A stretch of DNA of 64,000 nt from Bacilli bacterium (GCA_045113315.1 JBGUIX010000015.1:8670-72669), one strand, 5' to 3'. Shown: positions 37,661 through 46,922, numbered from the stretch's first letter. The notes: generated from the letters alone by a model not told the origin. A program made the numbers and translations.

Positions 37661-38989
37661 ATGAAGTGCATTTATTGTGGCGGCAAGATTTCTAGCGACA
37701 GTCTTTTTTGTCCACACTGTGGGAAAAAAGTAATTAGAAGTATTATTTGTCCAAATTGTCAGGAAGAAAACGAATTAGAAGCAAACTACTGTAAAAAATG
37801 TGGCGCTAGTTTAAAGAATGCTGAAGAAAAGAAAAAAGTAGAAAGCGCAGAAAATAATAAAAAAACAAAGAGCGTTGATAACAACAAACTTAATTGGATT
37901 TTTAGCATTATCGGGATGTCTTCGATGCTATTGGCAATTATTTTGATTGTTTCTATTATGTTTGCTCCATTTTTGCATAGTGACTTTTTCGATAATTCTA
38001 GCTTCACCACAATCACATACTACATTGATACCTTTTCTTATGCTAAATCGTTAATACTTTCCGGTGAAACAATGCATATTGTGAATGCCAGTTTAGTTTT
38101 AGTTGTTCAAGCAACAATAGTAATACTTGGAATTGTCTTTTTGGCAAACTCTATTCCTGCATTTATTACTGCTATTAAAGAGAAGAAATATATAGATTTA
38201 TCAAAAAAAGCGATTGTTGTTTATCTTTTATATTTATTCTTATTTATCTTTTTTGTTAATTTTGCCTTAGTTTCAGACATTGAGTTGTTGACAACGTCTA
38301 TTAATGGAGGGCAACTTTTTCTCTTAATATTCGTACCAATATTATTGAGCTTCAATATCTTCGTGAAATTGAGATTGCAAGCTAAAAAACAGCTTGCCTC
38401 ACTAATTGTTTTTTGTTCCTTAACTTGTGTTTCTTTTATTTTATGTCAAATTGTTTTATTTAATTTAGGTGGCATTAGATTTACTTTGTCTGGGTTTTAT
38501 TATCCTAGTGCAGAAGACGCTTTTACAAAGAATTATTATTTAGAGACCGGCAATCTTGGTTTTGTTAGTTTTTTCCTTTCTAAAGTAAACGTAATTTCAG
38601 TAGATGCGTCTGGTTTTGTTATTTCAGCAATTGCCTATTCTGGGATAAGTTTTTTATTTGAAATACTCATTTTAGTTACGCTTCTTTTATTTACGTTTGT
38701 GATATTGAAAAATAGTTGGTCTATTTCTTCTCTATTTGAAGGACTAATCTTCTCAGTTTTTACTTTAATATCTTCGATTTGTGCTCTTGTATTTAATGGG
38801 GTGGCAAGTACTGTCGCAAACAAAATTGATAATGCTAATTATTTTATGGTTGTTCATTCGGTTAATCATCCAGAAAATTTGGTTGTCATTATTGTTTTAG
38901 CTTCATTACTTTCAGTCCTATTTATTGTTTGTTTTATTATTAATAAAATAATGAAGAAGAAAGAAACGAACTATGAAAAAGCAAATTAG
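37661..38989 (+). CDS. Double zinc-ribbon membrane protein
   Basis: Four CxxC pairs at the N-terminus, then about 8 TMs. Confidence 0.75.
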   Translation: MKCIYCGGKISSDSLFCPHCGKKVIRSIICPNCQEENELEANYCKKCGASLKNAEEKKKVESAENNKKTKSVDNNKLNWIFSIIGMSSMLLAIILIVSIMFAPFLHSDFFDNSSFTTITYYIDTFSYAKSLILSGETMHIVNASLVLVVQATIVILGIVFLANSIPAFITAIKEKKYIDLSKKAIVVYLLYLFLFIFFVNFALVSDIELLTTSINGGQLFLLIFVPILLSFNIFVKLRLQAKKQLASLIVFCSLTCVSFILCQIVLFNLGGIRFTLSGFYYPSAEDAFTKNYYLETGNLGFVSFFLSKVNVISVDASGFVISAIAYSGISFLFEILILVTLLLFTFVILKNSWSISSLFEGLIFSVFTLISSICALVFNGVASTVANKIDNANYFMVVHSVNHPENLVVIIVLASLLSVLFIVCFIINKIMKKKETNYEKAN

Positions 38990-39821
38990 TTTAATTCTAC
39001 TTATTGGTTTTACTGCTTTACTAACTGGGTGTGGGAATAACGATACTTCATTTAGAAAATTCAAACACGAAGTTAATGAAGATGTTTTTTTAGCGAAACT
39101 GTCTGATAAATATGCAGATTCACTATCTAATTTTATGAGCTCTGATTATAGCGCTGGCATAGAGTTTAAAAAGAGTTTGGCTTTAACTACTGAAATCTAT
39201 GGTTTTGAAACTGCTAACTATCCACAGAAAGAAAAAAAAGAAGCTCACCAAATCACAAAAGAAGAAATTGCAATCGATGCTACCAATTCGCGATGCACAT
39301 ATCTAATGAAGCAAGATATTTTCTTAAAAAAACAAACCCCATATTCGATAAAGGAAACTTCTCATGATGTAAATGCACGTAATGATTATTTCGCTGAAGA
39401 AAAAAACCATTTTTATACATTAAACTTATTAAACGGTGAATACTCGGATCATTACGAGGATAGAAACGGACTATTTTTTTACAGTCTTTATTCGAACGTA
39501 AAGGGCATCTCTATTGGACCTGGATCATATAATGCACTTAGATTTCTTTCAGGTTATTCATTAGATGTATTTTTATTAAATGATAAAAAATGTCTGTATT
39601 TTATTGATGGGAATGTTTTTACGATTCGTTTAGTTGCTGAAATAACAAATTCTATTCAAACAGTGCAATTTGTGTTGGACAAAGAAATTAGATATTGTTA
39701 CGAATCTTATGTCGAAACATCTAAGAATTCATACGTACGCAAGTATAGAAGCAGCACAACAATAAAAAGCTATAAGAGTTCAATTGCTAAGAAACAAGTA
39801 AATATAAGTACTGAATTATAA
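38973..39821 (+). CDS. Hypothetical lipoprotein
   Basis: Lipobox LLTGC. Confidence 0.7.
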   Translation: MKKQISLILLIGFTALLTGCGNNDTSFRKFKHEVNEDVFLAKLSDKYADSLSNFMSSDYSAGIEFKKSLALTTEIYGFETANYPQKEKKEAHQITKEEIAIDATNSRCTYLMKQDIFLKKQTPYSIKETSHDVNARNDYFAEEKNHFYTLNLLNGEYSDHYEDRNGLFFYSLYSNVKGISIGPGSYNALRFLSGYSLDVFLLNDKKCLYFIDGNVFTIRLVAEITNSIQTVQFVLDKEIRYCYESYVETSKNSYVRKYRSSTTIKSYKSSIAKKQVNISTEL

Positions 39822-39841
39822 TATTTCAAAGGAGAAGATTT

Positions 39842-40030
39842 ATGGCTATTAAAATCACCAACGAAGAAAACCATCCAGTATTTCATATTAAATGTGAATA
39901 TTGCTTAACTGAGTTTGATTATGAAAGCGAAGATTTGGGCTTTAGAGTGTGGTATCCAAAAGGATTTGTTTATTGTCCAAAATGTGGTCGACCACTGAGA
40001 CATCGTCCAGAAGAGAACTTAAAGAAATAA
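39842..40030 (+). CDS. Small zinc-finger protein
   Basis: CEYC...CPKCG; AAGGAG RBS. Confidence 0.7.
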   Translation: MAIKITNEENHPVFHIKCEYCLTEFDYESEDLGFRVWYPKGFVYCPKCGRPLRHRPEENLKK

Positions 40031-40032
40031 AT

Positions 40033-40683
40033 ATGAATAAAAGTAGATATTTAATTGGGATTGGTGTGATAGAACTAATCTTTACAACAATTGGTTTAAT
40101 TTATTTATTCGTTCAAGTTGTTGGTGTGACCGCAAAAGCTTCATGGAGTGTTTTTGGCATGCTAAATGGTTTTGCTGTATTTCTTTTATGGGTTACATTT
40201 TTCTTTTGCGTATTAATGGGGCCTTCCACAGGCATTCTATTTATCACAGTGGGGAAAATGTGTGAATATTCACCAGAGGGTCCTACCGCAAGTGATCGAA
40301 CGATTAAATATCACGGTAGTGAAATAACTCTTCTTAAAGAAGACATTAGAAAACTTAATAGAAGACTTTCTTATTTAGAGGAGCAAGAAAGAAATGTTGA
40401 AGAGTCTTCAAAGGTTCAAGAAGAAGTTCCATTTGAAGAGAAAAACGATGAAGTCTTAAATCAAGAAGAAAAGATTGAAACAAAAAAACGCGATAAATTT
40501 TCCTATAGCCTTGAAGAAGAAATCGAATTTAATGATGATTATGTGATAAATGGTGTAATGATAAAAAAAGGCACCAAAGGAATTATTGATAACAAACTAA
40601 CAACTTCTCACGGTATTTTATATGTTGTAATCATCAATGGAGGAAAGAAAACTGTTAGCGTCAGTTCTGACTGCTTCCTTTGA
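40033..40683 (+). CDS. Membrane protein with coiled coil and SH3-like C-terminus
   Basis: ATG at 40033 after the previous stop; two TMs, acidic coiled region, IKKGTKGII...YVV. Confidence 0.6.
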   Translation: MNKSRYLIGIGVIELIFTTIGLIYLFVQVVGVTAKASWSVFGMLNGFAVFLLWVTFFFCVLMGPSTGILFITVGKMCEYSPEGPTASDRTIKYHGSEITLLKEDIRKLNRRLSYLEEQERNVEESSKVQEEVPFEEKNDEVLNQEEKIETKKRDKFSYSLEEEIEFNDDYVINGVMIKKGTKGIIDNKLTTSHGILYVVIINGGKKTVSVSSDCFL

Positions 40684-40697
40684 TTTGAAAAAGTTTT

Positions 40698-41375
40698 ATG
40701 GTAAGAGCGTTATTTGAATCATCATTTTATGTTATCTACCTAGTTTTTATTTTGGGGCTAGGTATTTATTTTATAAAACAGTCACTAAATTCTAATAAAA
40801 GATACTATATCTTATTTGATTTAGCTTGCTTGATATTAGGAGTTGGTGACGCTTTTCATCTAGTTCCAAGGGCTATTGGTTTATTTAGTAAAACATTAGA
40901 TAATCCATCATCTACCTTAGCGATGTGGTTAGGCATTGGTAAATTAATTACTTCAGTTACCATGACCATATTCTATGTTTTAGTGTATCTATTTATCTTT
41001 AAACGTATGGGGATTAAAAGATATATCTATTTAGATATCATCGTTTGTGTTTTATTTATTTCTCGTATCGTTTTATTAGCCTTACCTCAAAACGATTGGA
41101 TCAATAATTCTAACGATATGTTATGGGGTATATATCGTAATATCCCATTCGTATTATTAGGTATCTTAGTAATCGTTTTATGCTTTATTTACTTTAATAA
41201 GATTAAATGTTTAAGATTATTAGGATATTTCATCATCCTTTCATTCTTATTCTATTTACCCGTTGTTATCTTTGCAGGTACGTATAGTTGGGTTGGGATG
41301 CTGATGCTACCAAAAACAATCTGTTACATGATTGTGGGTGTCATTGGATACTTAGATTACAAATCTCAGTATTGA
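40698..41375 (+). CDS. Seven-TM hypothetical membrane protein
   Basis: GDAFHLVPR, RNIPF, GMLMLPKT; about 7 TMs. Confidence 0.75.
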   Translation: MVRALFESSFYVIYLVFILGLGIYFIKQSLNSNKRYYILFDLACLILGVGDAFHLVPRAIGLFSKTLDNPSSTLAMWLGIGKLITSVTMTIFYVLVYLFIFKRMGIKRYIYLDIIVCVLFISRIVLLALPQNDWINNSNDMLWGIYRNIPFVLLGILVIVLCFIYFNKIKCLRLLGYFIILSFLFYLPVVIFAGTYSWVGMLMLPKTICYMIVGVIGYLDYKSQY

Positions 41376-41406
41376 ACTATCGCCTATAAATGGATAATAT
41401 TAATAT

Positions 41407-41598
41407 GTAGCTTAAGCTACGTATAGGCAGATTAATTAGTTGGTTCTAATCTATCTTCTAATAGCAACAAAATTGTCATATAAGCTATTAAAAGCCTCAT
41501 AGGCACCATCTCCTTTCGAGTCCTACCGTAGCTTACGATCGGTCATAGGAGATACCTATACAAGTAAGGGAGAAGCGATTCTTCCTTTTCTTTTTCTT
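41407..41598 (+). ncRNA. Putative antisense antitoxin sRNA, unit A1
   Basis: Promoter TTGAAC-17-TAATAT (41372-41400), 5' hairpin GTAGC/GCTAC, terminator AAGGGAGAA-gcga-TTCTTCCTT-TTCTTTTT; fully antisense to the peptide ORF. Confidence 0.55.
41432..41500 (-). CDS. Putative type I toxin peptide A1 (22 aa, MRLLIAYMTILLLLEDRLEPTN)
   Basis: AAAGGAG RBS paired in a stem; paralog of 44364..44432 with a deletion altering the C-terminus. Confidence 0.55.
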   Translation of the reverse strand: MRLLIAYMTILLLLEDRLEPTN

Positions 41599-41631
41599 GA
41601 AAGTTTATTTGAAGAAATCTAACATATAAAT

Positions 41632-41830
41632 GTAACAATAGTTACGTGTAGGCAGGAAATTTTGGTTAGTGATTTCCTGTTTTCTTTACTTCAATTATTA
41701 TCAATAGAAGTAGAGTCATGAAAATTATGATAATTTGCATAAGCACATCCTCCTTTCTTGATTTTTTGCTACCTAACTCAATCGGAGGAGCGCCTACACG
41801 TAACTACGAGGAAGATAAAATACCCTCCTA
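41632..41830 (+). ncRNA. Putative antisense antitoxin sRNA, unit B1
   Basis: Promoter TTGAAA-17-TAACAT (41597-41625); 15-bp end pairing TAGTTACGTGTAGGC/GCCTACACGTAACTA; 3' end uncertain. Confidence 0.5.
41666..41740 (-). CDS. Putative type I toxin peptide B1 (24 aa, MQIIIIFMTLLLLIIIEVKKTGNH)
   Basis: AAAGGAGG RBS; hydrophobic helix with basic tail. Confidence 0.65.
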   Translation of the reverse strand: MQIIIIFMTLLLLIIIEVKKTGNH

Positions 41831-41954
41831 CTATACAAATAGGGAGTGAAATAGCGAAAATGTTCAAAAATATGAGAAAAAATTTTTCTTAATCAGAGAT
41901 TAAAAATGTTTGCATATATGTTGATATATCCTGGTATTGTTCTATAATATAGAC

Positions 41955-42066
41955 ACTTCAGGGTGACGAGAATTACGTCGACTGGTGGTATAGCCCACGA
42001 GCTTTATAACTAAAGCATGATTAGGTGAAATTCCTAGGCCAACGGTACAGTCCGGATAGCAGAAGT
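41955..42066 (+). ncRNA. FMN riboswitch (RFN element)
   Basis: CTTCAGGG...GACTGGTGGTATAGCCCACGA...GATTAGGTGAAATTCCTAGGCCAACGGTACAGTCCGGAT..AGAAG; downstream hairpin covers the GGAGG RBS; precedes ribU. Confidence 0.92.
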
Positions 42067-42112
42067 TAATTGCTATATATAATCCCACCTGAAGTATGGA
42101 GGGATTTTTATT

Positions 42113-42877
42113 ATGAATGTAGAACAATTAACCGCGTTTATGTCGTGGTTTAAATGGGTGTTAATGGGCCTAATGATTGCTTTAGCAATTGGTCTATTAG
42201 TCATCTCTATTTTTAGATTTAAAAAGAGAAATGTTAATCTCGTTAAACTTATTACTGTTACCGGTATATTTGGTGCTTTAGCGACAATACTATATGTTTT
42301 AGTGCCTGATTTTGGATTAGGTTTTACCCCTCCATGGTTAAAAGTTCATCTTGATGAAATCGCTATCTTTTTAGTGGGATATATGTATGGTCCTTTATCC
42401 GCGGTAGTGGTGACTTTAATTAAAACTTTAATCAAATTACCGATGACAAGTACCGCAGGTGTGGGGGAAATTGGTGATTTCTTCTTTACTATTGTCTTTG
42501 TTTTACCAGCGGTCATTCTCTATGAGAAAAGAAGAAAATTATCATCGGTATTTATCGGTTTAGGAACTTCAACATTACTTCAATGTGTCTTTGCGATGAT
42601 CATGAATGTTTATGTTTTAATTCCATTTTATTCTGCGTTATATCATTTGCCTTTAGAAACACTTGAAGGCATGTGCAGTTCAATTATTCCAGCGATCAAA
42701 GGTGATAATTGGGTTTGGTTATACGCTTTATTTATGGTGTTACCGATGAATCTCATTAAAGATGCGATTGTTATCGTCGCGGTATTATTGCTATATAAGA
42801 GGCTCCATATTCTCATCGAAAGAATCGGAAATAACGAATATAAAAAGGAAGTCGTGGAACCACAAAAAGAAGAGTAG
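42113..42877 (+). CDS. ribU: ECF transporter S component, riboflavin (RibU)
   Basis: PWLKVHLDEI...GP, TSTAGVGEIGD, NVYVLIPFY, PMNLIK; FMN riboswitch upstream. Confidence 0.85.
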   Translation: MNVEQLTAFMSWFKWVLMGLMIALAIGLLVISIFRFKKRNVNLVKLITVTGIFGALATILYVLVPDFGLGFTPPWLKVHLDEIAIFLVGYMYGPLSAVVVTLIKTLIKLPMTSTAGVGEIGDFFFTIVFVLPAVILYEKRRKLSSVFIGLGTSTLLQCVFAMIMNVYVLIPFYSALYHLPLETLEGMCSSIIPAIKGDNWVWLYALFMVLPMNLIKDAIVIVAVLLLYKRLHILIERIGNNEYKKEVVEPQKEE

Positions 42878-42918
42878 TTCCTATTGTTTATAAATAAAAA
42901 TCGTTATATATTAATTTT

Positions 42919-42997
42919 GTAACAATAGTTACGTATAGGCAGGATTTATAACTGGGTTAGAGTTACTTCCTGTTTTTCTTTACTTCAATTGTTATTG
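42919..42997. pseudogene. Left half of TA unit B2 (3' end of toxin ORF ...ITIEVKKNRK, sRNA 5' end)
   Basis: Similar to 41632-41700; promoter TTGTTT-17-TATATT at 42884-42912. Confidence 0.6.
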
Positions 42998-43009
42998 AAA
43001 AAATCACCA

Positions 43010-44002
43010 TTATTCGTGGTGATTCTTTTCATATTTAGCTTTAGCTTTTTCCGGATTGTATTTCCTAAATGGAATATATTTAGAAACATAACATAGATAA
43101 TATTTATATTCTGGGTATTTAGAATTCGATATTCCTTCTCCAAACATGGAACTACCTAAGAATAAGATGACGATAAATAACGCTCCAAACATACTCCAGT
43201 TAAAGATGAAATATGTATTTACATTAGCGCCAAGAGTGAAGAGGAATAGGGCTAGCCAGAAACCTTGTTCACCACAATAATTAGGGTGACGAGAATATGA
43301 CCATAATCCAACTGTGTTAAAACCTCTTTTATAAGGTAATTCTAATTCATCTAATTTCTTACCTTCTTTAAGAAGTTTTTTCTTGGTTTGTTGGAATTTC
43401 CATTGTTGTTCATCAGCGATTAATTCAATTAATAAAAGAACAAAGACTAAGGAAGAGGCAATATAATCAAAGACTCCAAAGGAAACCCCGCTATCCATGA
43501 CCGCAACCATTGGGAAAGTCATTGCTAAGACTAAAGCGTTTTGGAATAAAGAGATGAAGAATAAATTGAATAATGCCCAACGGACGTAGTGACCTTTAAA
43601 CATCTTGTTTTCTCTTAAAATAACCCAGCGATAATCTTCTTCACCGGTCCAGAATTTAATCGAATAAGCCCCTTTTCTAGCGAAATTAAATGTTAATCTT
43701 ATTCCCCATAGGGTAATAAGTACCGCCATAACGATCAGGCGAGGATGAAAACCGCCTTTAACAGTAACTACCCAGGCATAAGCAATAGGTAATAATGACC
43801 ATAATTTATCCATCTGGGAATTGTTTCTAGATATTTCACCAACGATGAAACAATATAAAACACTAGATCCACAGATGATTCCTAAGATAAGTAAAGTATC
43901 TAATTGATTAGAAGATAGATTAAAGCCATTAAAGACAAATCCTAATATCGCTAAAGTGATACATGTTAAAGCGGTGATAACTGTTCCAATATACTTTTTC
44001 AT
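43010..44002 (-). CDS. DUF1295 (steroid 5-alpha-reductase-like) membrane protein
   Basis: NNSQMDKLWS, WGIRLT, EDYRW, ADEQQWKF, GLWSYSRHPNY.GE; terminator hairpin at 42997-43030. Confidence 0.88.
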   Translation of the reverse strand: MKKYIGTVITALTCITLAILGFVFNGFNLSSNQLDTLLILGIICGSSVLYCFIVGEISRNNSQMDKLWSLLPIAYAWVVTVKGGFHPRLIVMAVLITLWGIRLTFNFARKGAYSIKFWTGEEDYRWVILRENKMFKGHYVRWALFNLFFISLFQNALVLAMTFPMVAVMDSGVSFGVFDYIASSLVFVLLLIELIADEQQWKFQQTKKKLLKEGKKLDELELPYKRGFNTVGLWSYSRHPNYCGEQGFWLALFLFTLGANVNTYFIFNWSMFGALFIVILFLGSSMFGEGISNSKYPEYKYYLCYVSKYIPFRKYNPEKAKAKYEKNHHE

Positions 44003-44187
44003 AAAATAATGTCCTTACAGAAAACGTAATATTTGTATCATACATAGATAGAAATATAAAAGTATTTTGAAATATATAGATACATAATTAGGTTTTTGTC
44101 TCGTGTTTTAAAGCGAAAAAAAGCTTATAAAAACTTTATTAGCTTTTCATTGAAAAAATACGTACGTCAGTATAATATGTATTTATC

Positions 44188-44286
44188 CATAAGCACTTCC
44201 TCCTTTCTTGTTTTTTACTACTTAGCTCAATCGGAGGGGACGCCTATACAAGTAAGGGAGAAGCAATTCTTCCTTTTCTTTTTCTT
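44188..44286. pseudogene. Right half of TA unit B2 (toxin RBS/start, sRNA terminator)
   Basis: CATAAGCAC.TCCTCCTTTCTTG...CTCAATCGGAGG..CGCCTA matches 41738-41796; the ORF now reads MDKYILY-stop. Confidence 0.6.
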
Positions 44287-44319
44287 GAATGTTCTTATGA
44301 AGCAATTTAACATATTGAT

Positions 44320-44525
44320 GTAACAATAGTTACGTATAGGTAGATTAATTAGTGGTGACTAATCTATCTATCTTTTTTTAAAGTTATTATTAGCAATAAC
44401 AATAAAACCATAAAAGCTATTAAAAGCCTCATAGGCACCATCTCCTTTCGAGTCCTACCATCGCTAGCGATCGGTCACAGGAGACGCCTATACGTAACTA
44501 CGAGGAAGATAAAATATCCTCCTAC
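44320..44525 (+). ncRNA. Putative antisense antitoxin sRNA, unit A2
   Basis: Promoter TTGAAT-17-TAACAT (44285-44313); end pairing TAGTTACGTATAGG/CCTATACGTAACTA; 3' end uncertain. Confidence 0.5.
44364..44432 (-). CDS. Putative type I toxin peptide A2 (22 aa, MRLLIAFMVLLLLLIITLKKDR)
   Basis: AAAGGAG RBS with anti-SD stem; Ibs-like hydrophobic helix with basic tail. Confidence 0.65.
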   Translation of the reverse strand: MRLLIAFMVLLLLLIITLKKDR

Positions 44526-44624
44526 TATACAAATAGGGGGTGGAAATTCCAAAATGTTCAAAAAAATGAGACAAATTTTTTATTAATCTATGATTAAAAA
44601 TATTTATGTTATAATAGGATAGTT

Positions 44625-45260
44625 ATGAAATATTTAGTTATTGTTTCCACATTATTTGTAATCGGCTCATTAGTGGGATGGGTTATTGAATTATTCTTTA
44701 GAAGATTTGTTTCACAGAAAAAGTGGATGAATCCTGGATTTTTGACTGGCCCATATCTCCCAATATATGGATCAGGAGTAGTGGTTTTATATGCGATTAG
44801 CAATATGCCTTTAGGTATTTCGATTAAAGTTTGGGATATTATCGTCCGTATTCTTATCATCGGTGTGGGGATGACATTAATCGAATTTATCGCTGGTTTA
44901 ATATTTATTAAAGGCTTAAAAGTTAAATTGTGGGATTATTCAGATCAAAAAGGCAATATCATGGGTATTATCTGCCCACAGTTCTCTTTAATTTGGATTA
45001 TCGTTGGTTCTTTATATTATTTCTTTGTGAATCCATTTTTAGTGATTGGTATTAACTGGATTAGTGAAAATTTAATCTACACCTATTTTATAGGCGCTTT
45101 TATCGGGATGATGGTGGTTGATTTCGCTTATTCGATTCATCTCGCCACAAAATTAAAAGAATTTAAGGAACTTCAAGGTATGCGATTTGAAGATTTTAAA
45201 AAAGAATTCAAAAAACGTATTAAAAGTATCAATCTAATTAAGAAAGAAAAAGATGAATAA
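44625..45260 (+). CDS. Putative ABC-transporter permease (CmpB/TMEM229-like)
   Basis: GWVIE, NPGFLTGPYLPIYG, LWDYS...NIMGIICPQFS. Confidence 0.85.
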   Translation: MKYLVIVSTLFVIGSLVGWVIELFFRRFVSQKKWMNPGFLTGPYLPIYGSGVVVLYAISNMPLGISIKVWDIIVRILIIGVGMTLIEFIAGLIFIKGLKVKLWDYSDQKGNIMGIICPQFSLIWIIVGSLYYFFVNPFLVIGINWISENLIYTYFIGAFIGMMVVDFAYSIHLATKLKEFKELQGMRFEDFKKEFKKRIKSINLIKKEKDE

Positions 45261-45858
45261 AATCGATTTAATAATTGTGGATTATAAAAATATGAAAGAG
45301 GAAGATATTCCCTCTCTTTCTTTTTTAAGCGAAGAAGATTTATCTTCTATCAATAAAATAAAATTAGAAAAAGTAAAGATAGAAAAAGCTATTTCTACCG
45401 CTATTAAAAATAAATATATAAAGGATTATTATTTATCTAATAAAGGTAAACCTTTATCTAAAGATATATATTTTAATATCTCCCATAGTGGTTCTAAGTT
45501 AGTTTTAGCCTTAGATAAATCTTATCCAGTGGGTGTAGATATAGAAGAGATTAAAGATCATAAAATCGATTTAAAAGATAAAGTTTGTAGTGAATTAGAA
45601 AAACAATATGTTAAAAATTATAAATCTTTCTTAGAGATTTGGACCAACAAAGAATCTTTAATTAAGTGTATTGGTGAAACGATATTTAAAAGTATTAAAT
45701 CAATCACTTCTTTACCGATAAATGGAAGAAAGATTTATGAAGATGAAATATATTTTTCTAAAACAATAGAAATCGATAACTATATATTAAGTGTCACTAT
45801 TAAAAATAGTGATGAATTTGATTTAAACATCATTAATATCGATCCTTCGTCCTTATGA
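45253..45858 (+). CDS. 4'-phosphopantetheinyl transferase (Sfp-type)
   Basis: GKP, FNISHSG, VGVDIE, WTNKES..KCIG. Confidence 0.88.
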   Translation: MNKIDLIIVDYKNMKEEDIPSLSFLSEEDLSSINKIKLEKVKIEKAISTAIKNKYIKDYYLSNKGKPLSKDIYFNISHSGSKLVLALDKSYPVGVDIEEIKDHKIDLKDKVCSELEKQYVKNYKSFLEIWTNKESLIKCIGETIFKSIKSITSLPINGRKIYEDEIYFSKTIEIDNYILSVTIKNSDEFDLNIINIDPSSL

Positions 45859-46394
45859 AAGTAGTGAATTATATTAACGATAAAAATATTAGAAAGGATG
45901 TTGAGCCTTTATTTCTTATTTCTTTTCCAGAAACTGAAAGACCAGGTCCTGATGTCTTCTTTTCTTCTTTTAAGAAGGAATCTAATGTTTTATATGCTTT
46001 TTACGATAATGATAAGTTCATTGGATTTGCTTCTTTAATCATCTATAAAGATATCGCTTATATCTTCTTTTTAGCGGTATCTCCTTCTTTTCAGCATCAA
46101 GGTTATGGTAGTCAAATACTATCTATGATAAAAGAGATTTATAAAGATAAAGTCGTCTTACTTTGTTATGAAGAAGTAGATAAGAAATATGACGATTATG
46201 AAAATAGAAAGAAAAGAGAAAATTTCTATAAGAAAAATGGTTTCATCTCTAATAATTTAACTACCGAAGAATTCGGTGTGGTTTTTACGGTGGCTAGATA
46301 TGGTTATAGAGAAGTAAGCTTTGAAGAATATAAAAAGATATTTATCTTTGGTTTTGGTGAATTTGCGAAAGATTATATTAAAAGAGTAAAATAA
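45855..46394 (+). CDS. GNAT N-acetyltransferase
   Basis: FLAVSPSFQHQGYGS; FYKKNGF. Confidence 0.88.
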   Translation: MKVVNYINDKNIRKDVEPLFLISFPETERPGPDVFFSSFKKESNVLYAFYDNDKFIGFASLIIYKDIAYIFFLAVSPSFQHQGYGSQILSMIKEIYKDKVVLLCYEEVDKKYDDYENRKKRENFYKKNGFISNNLTTEEFGVVFTVARYGYREVSFEEYKKIFIFGFGEFAKDYIKRVK

Positions 46395-46398
46395 CGAT

Positions 46399-46815
46399 AT
46401 GAAAAATGCTTGGATACAATTAAGAAGACATTGGTTATATAACCTCATTACACTAATTATCTCTTTAGTTATAGGAGCGGGTATTTTCTTATTATATTTC
46501 TTTTTAAGAAATAGAGCTTTCATAGATGCCGTCAATGGTATTACAATTGGAGCGATCGTGGTTAGTTTATCTGGTGTATTAGCCTGGCTATCATTTTTAG
46601 GAGCGTTTGATACATTTGCCTTTGGTTTTAAGCAACTAGGATCGATGTTATTCGCTAAAGACGCAAGAAGAGATGGTTCTTTTTCTGATTATCGAGATAG
46701 CAAAAGAGAAAAAAGAAATAATTCCACATATAATTTTATCGCTATTATCGCTGCCGGATTAATTTTATTAATAGCGGTCTTAGTTTTAGAAATAATCTAT
46801 CACACAAAATTCTAA
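46399..46815 (+). CDS. DUF3899-like membrane protein
   Basis: Three TMs; GAFDTFAFGFKQ. Confidence 0.65.
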   Translation: MKNAWIQLRRHWLYNLITLIISLVIGAGIFLLYFFLRNRAFIDAVNGITIGAIVVSLSGVLAWLSFLGAFDTFAFGFKQLGSMLFAKDARRDGSFSDYRDSKREKRNNSTYNFIAIIAAGLILLIAVLVLEIIYHTKF

Positions 46816-46854
46816 TAATTATTATTGAATAGGCCCCTTCGAGGGGCTATAATT

Positions 46855-46922
46855 AGTCTAACAGGTCTAACAGGTCTAACAAAAAATGAAGTCTAACAGG
46901 TCTAACAGGTCTAACAAAAAAT
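46855..46922. repeat. Nested tandem repeat: (RGTCTAACA)x3, duplicated with a 35-bp period
   Basis: AGTCTAACAGGTCTAACAGGTCTAACAAAAAAT occurs at 46855 and 46890. Confidence 0.9.

Noticed and set aside
41942-42127. 61-aa minus-strand ORF
   Set aside because: Antisense shadow of the FMN riboswitch
42963-43010. 15-aa ORF MVIFSITIEVKKNRK coupled to the DUF1295 stop
   Set aside because: Its start lies inside the DUF1295 terminator hairpin and the hydrophobic core is lost; best read as a junction remnant
44096-44323. 75-aa plus-strand ORF in the track
   Set aside because: TTG start without RBS; runs across the TA repeat, terminator and promoter
46855-46922. Possible CRISPR array; also the ORF-track N-terminus MKSNRSNRSNKK
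   Set aside because: 9-bp units with no unique spacers and no cas genes; the peptide is just the translated repeat, and the better start is 46937
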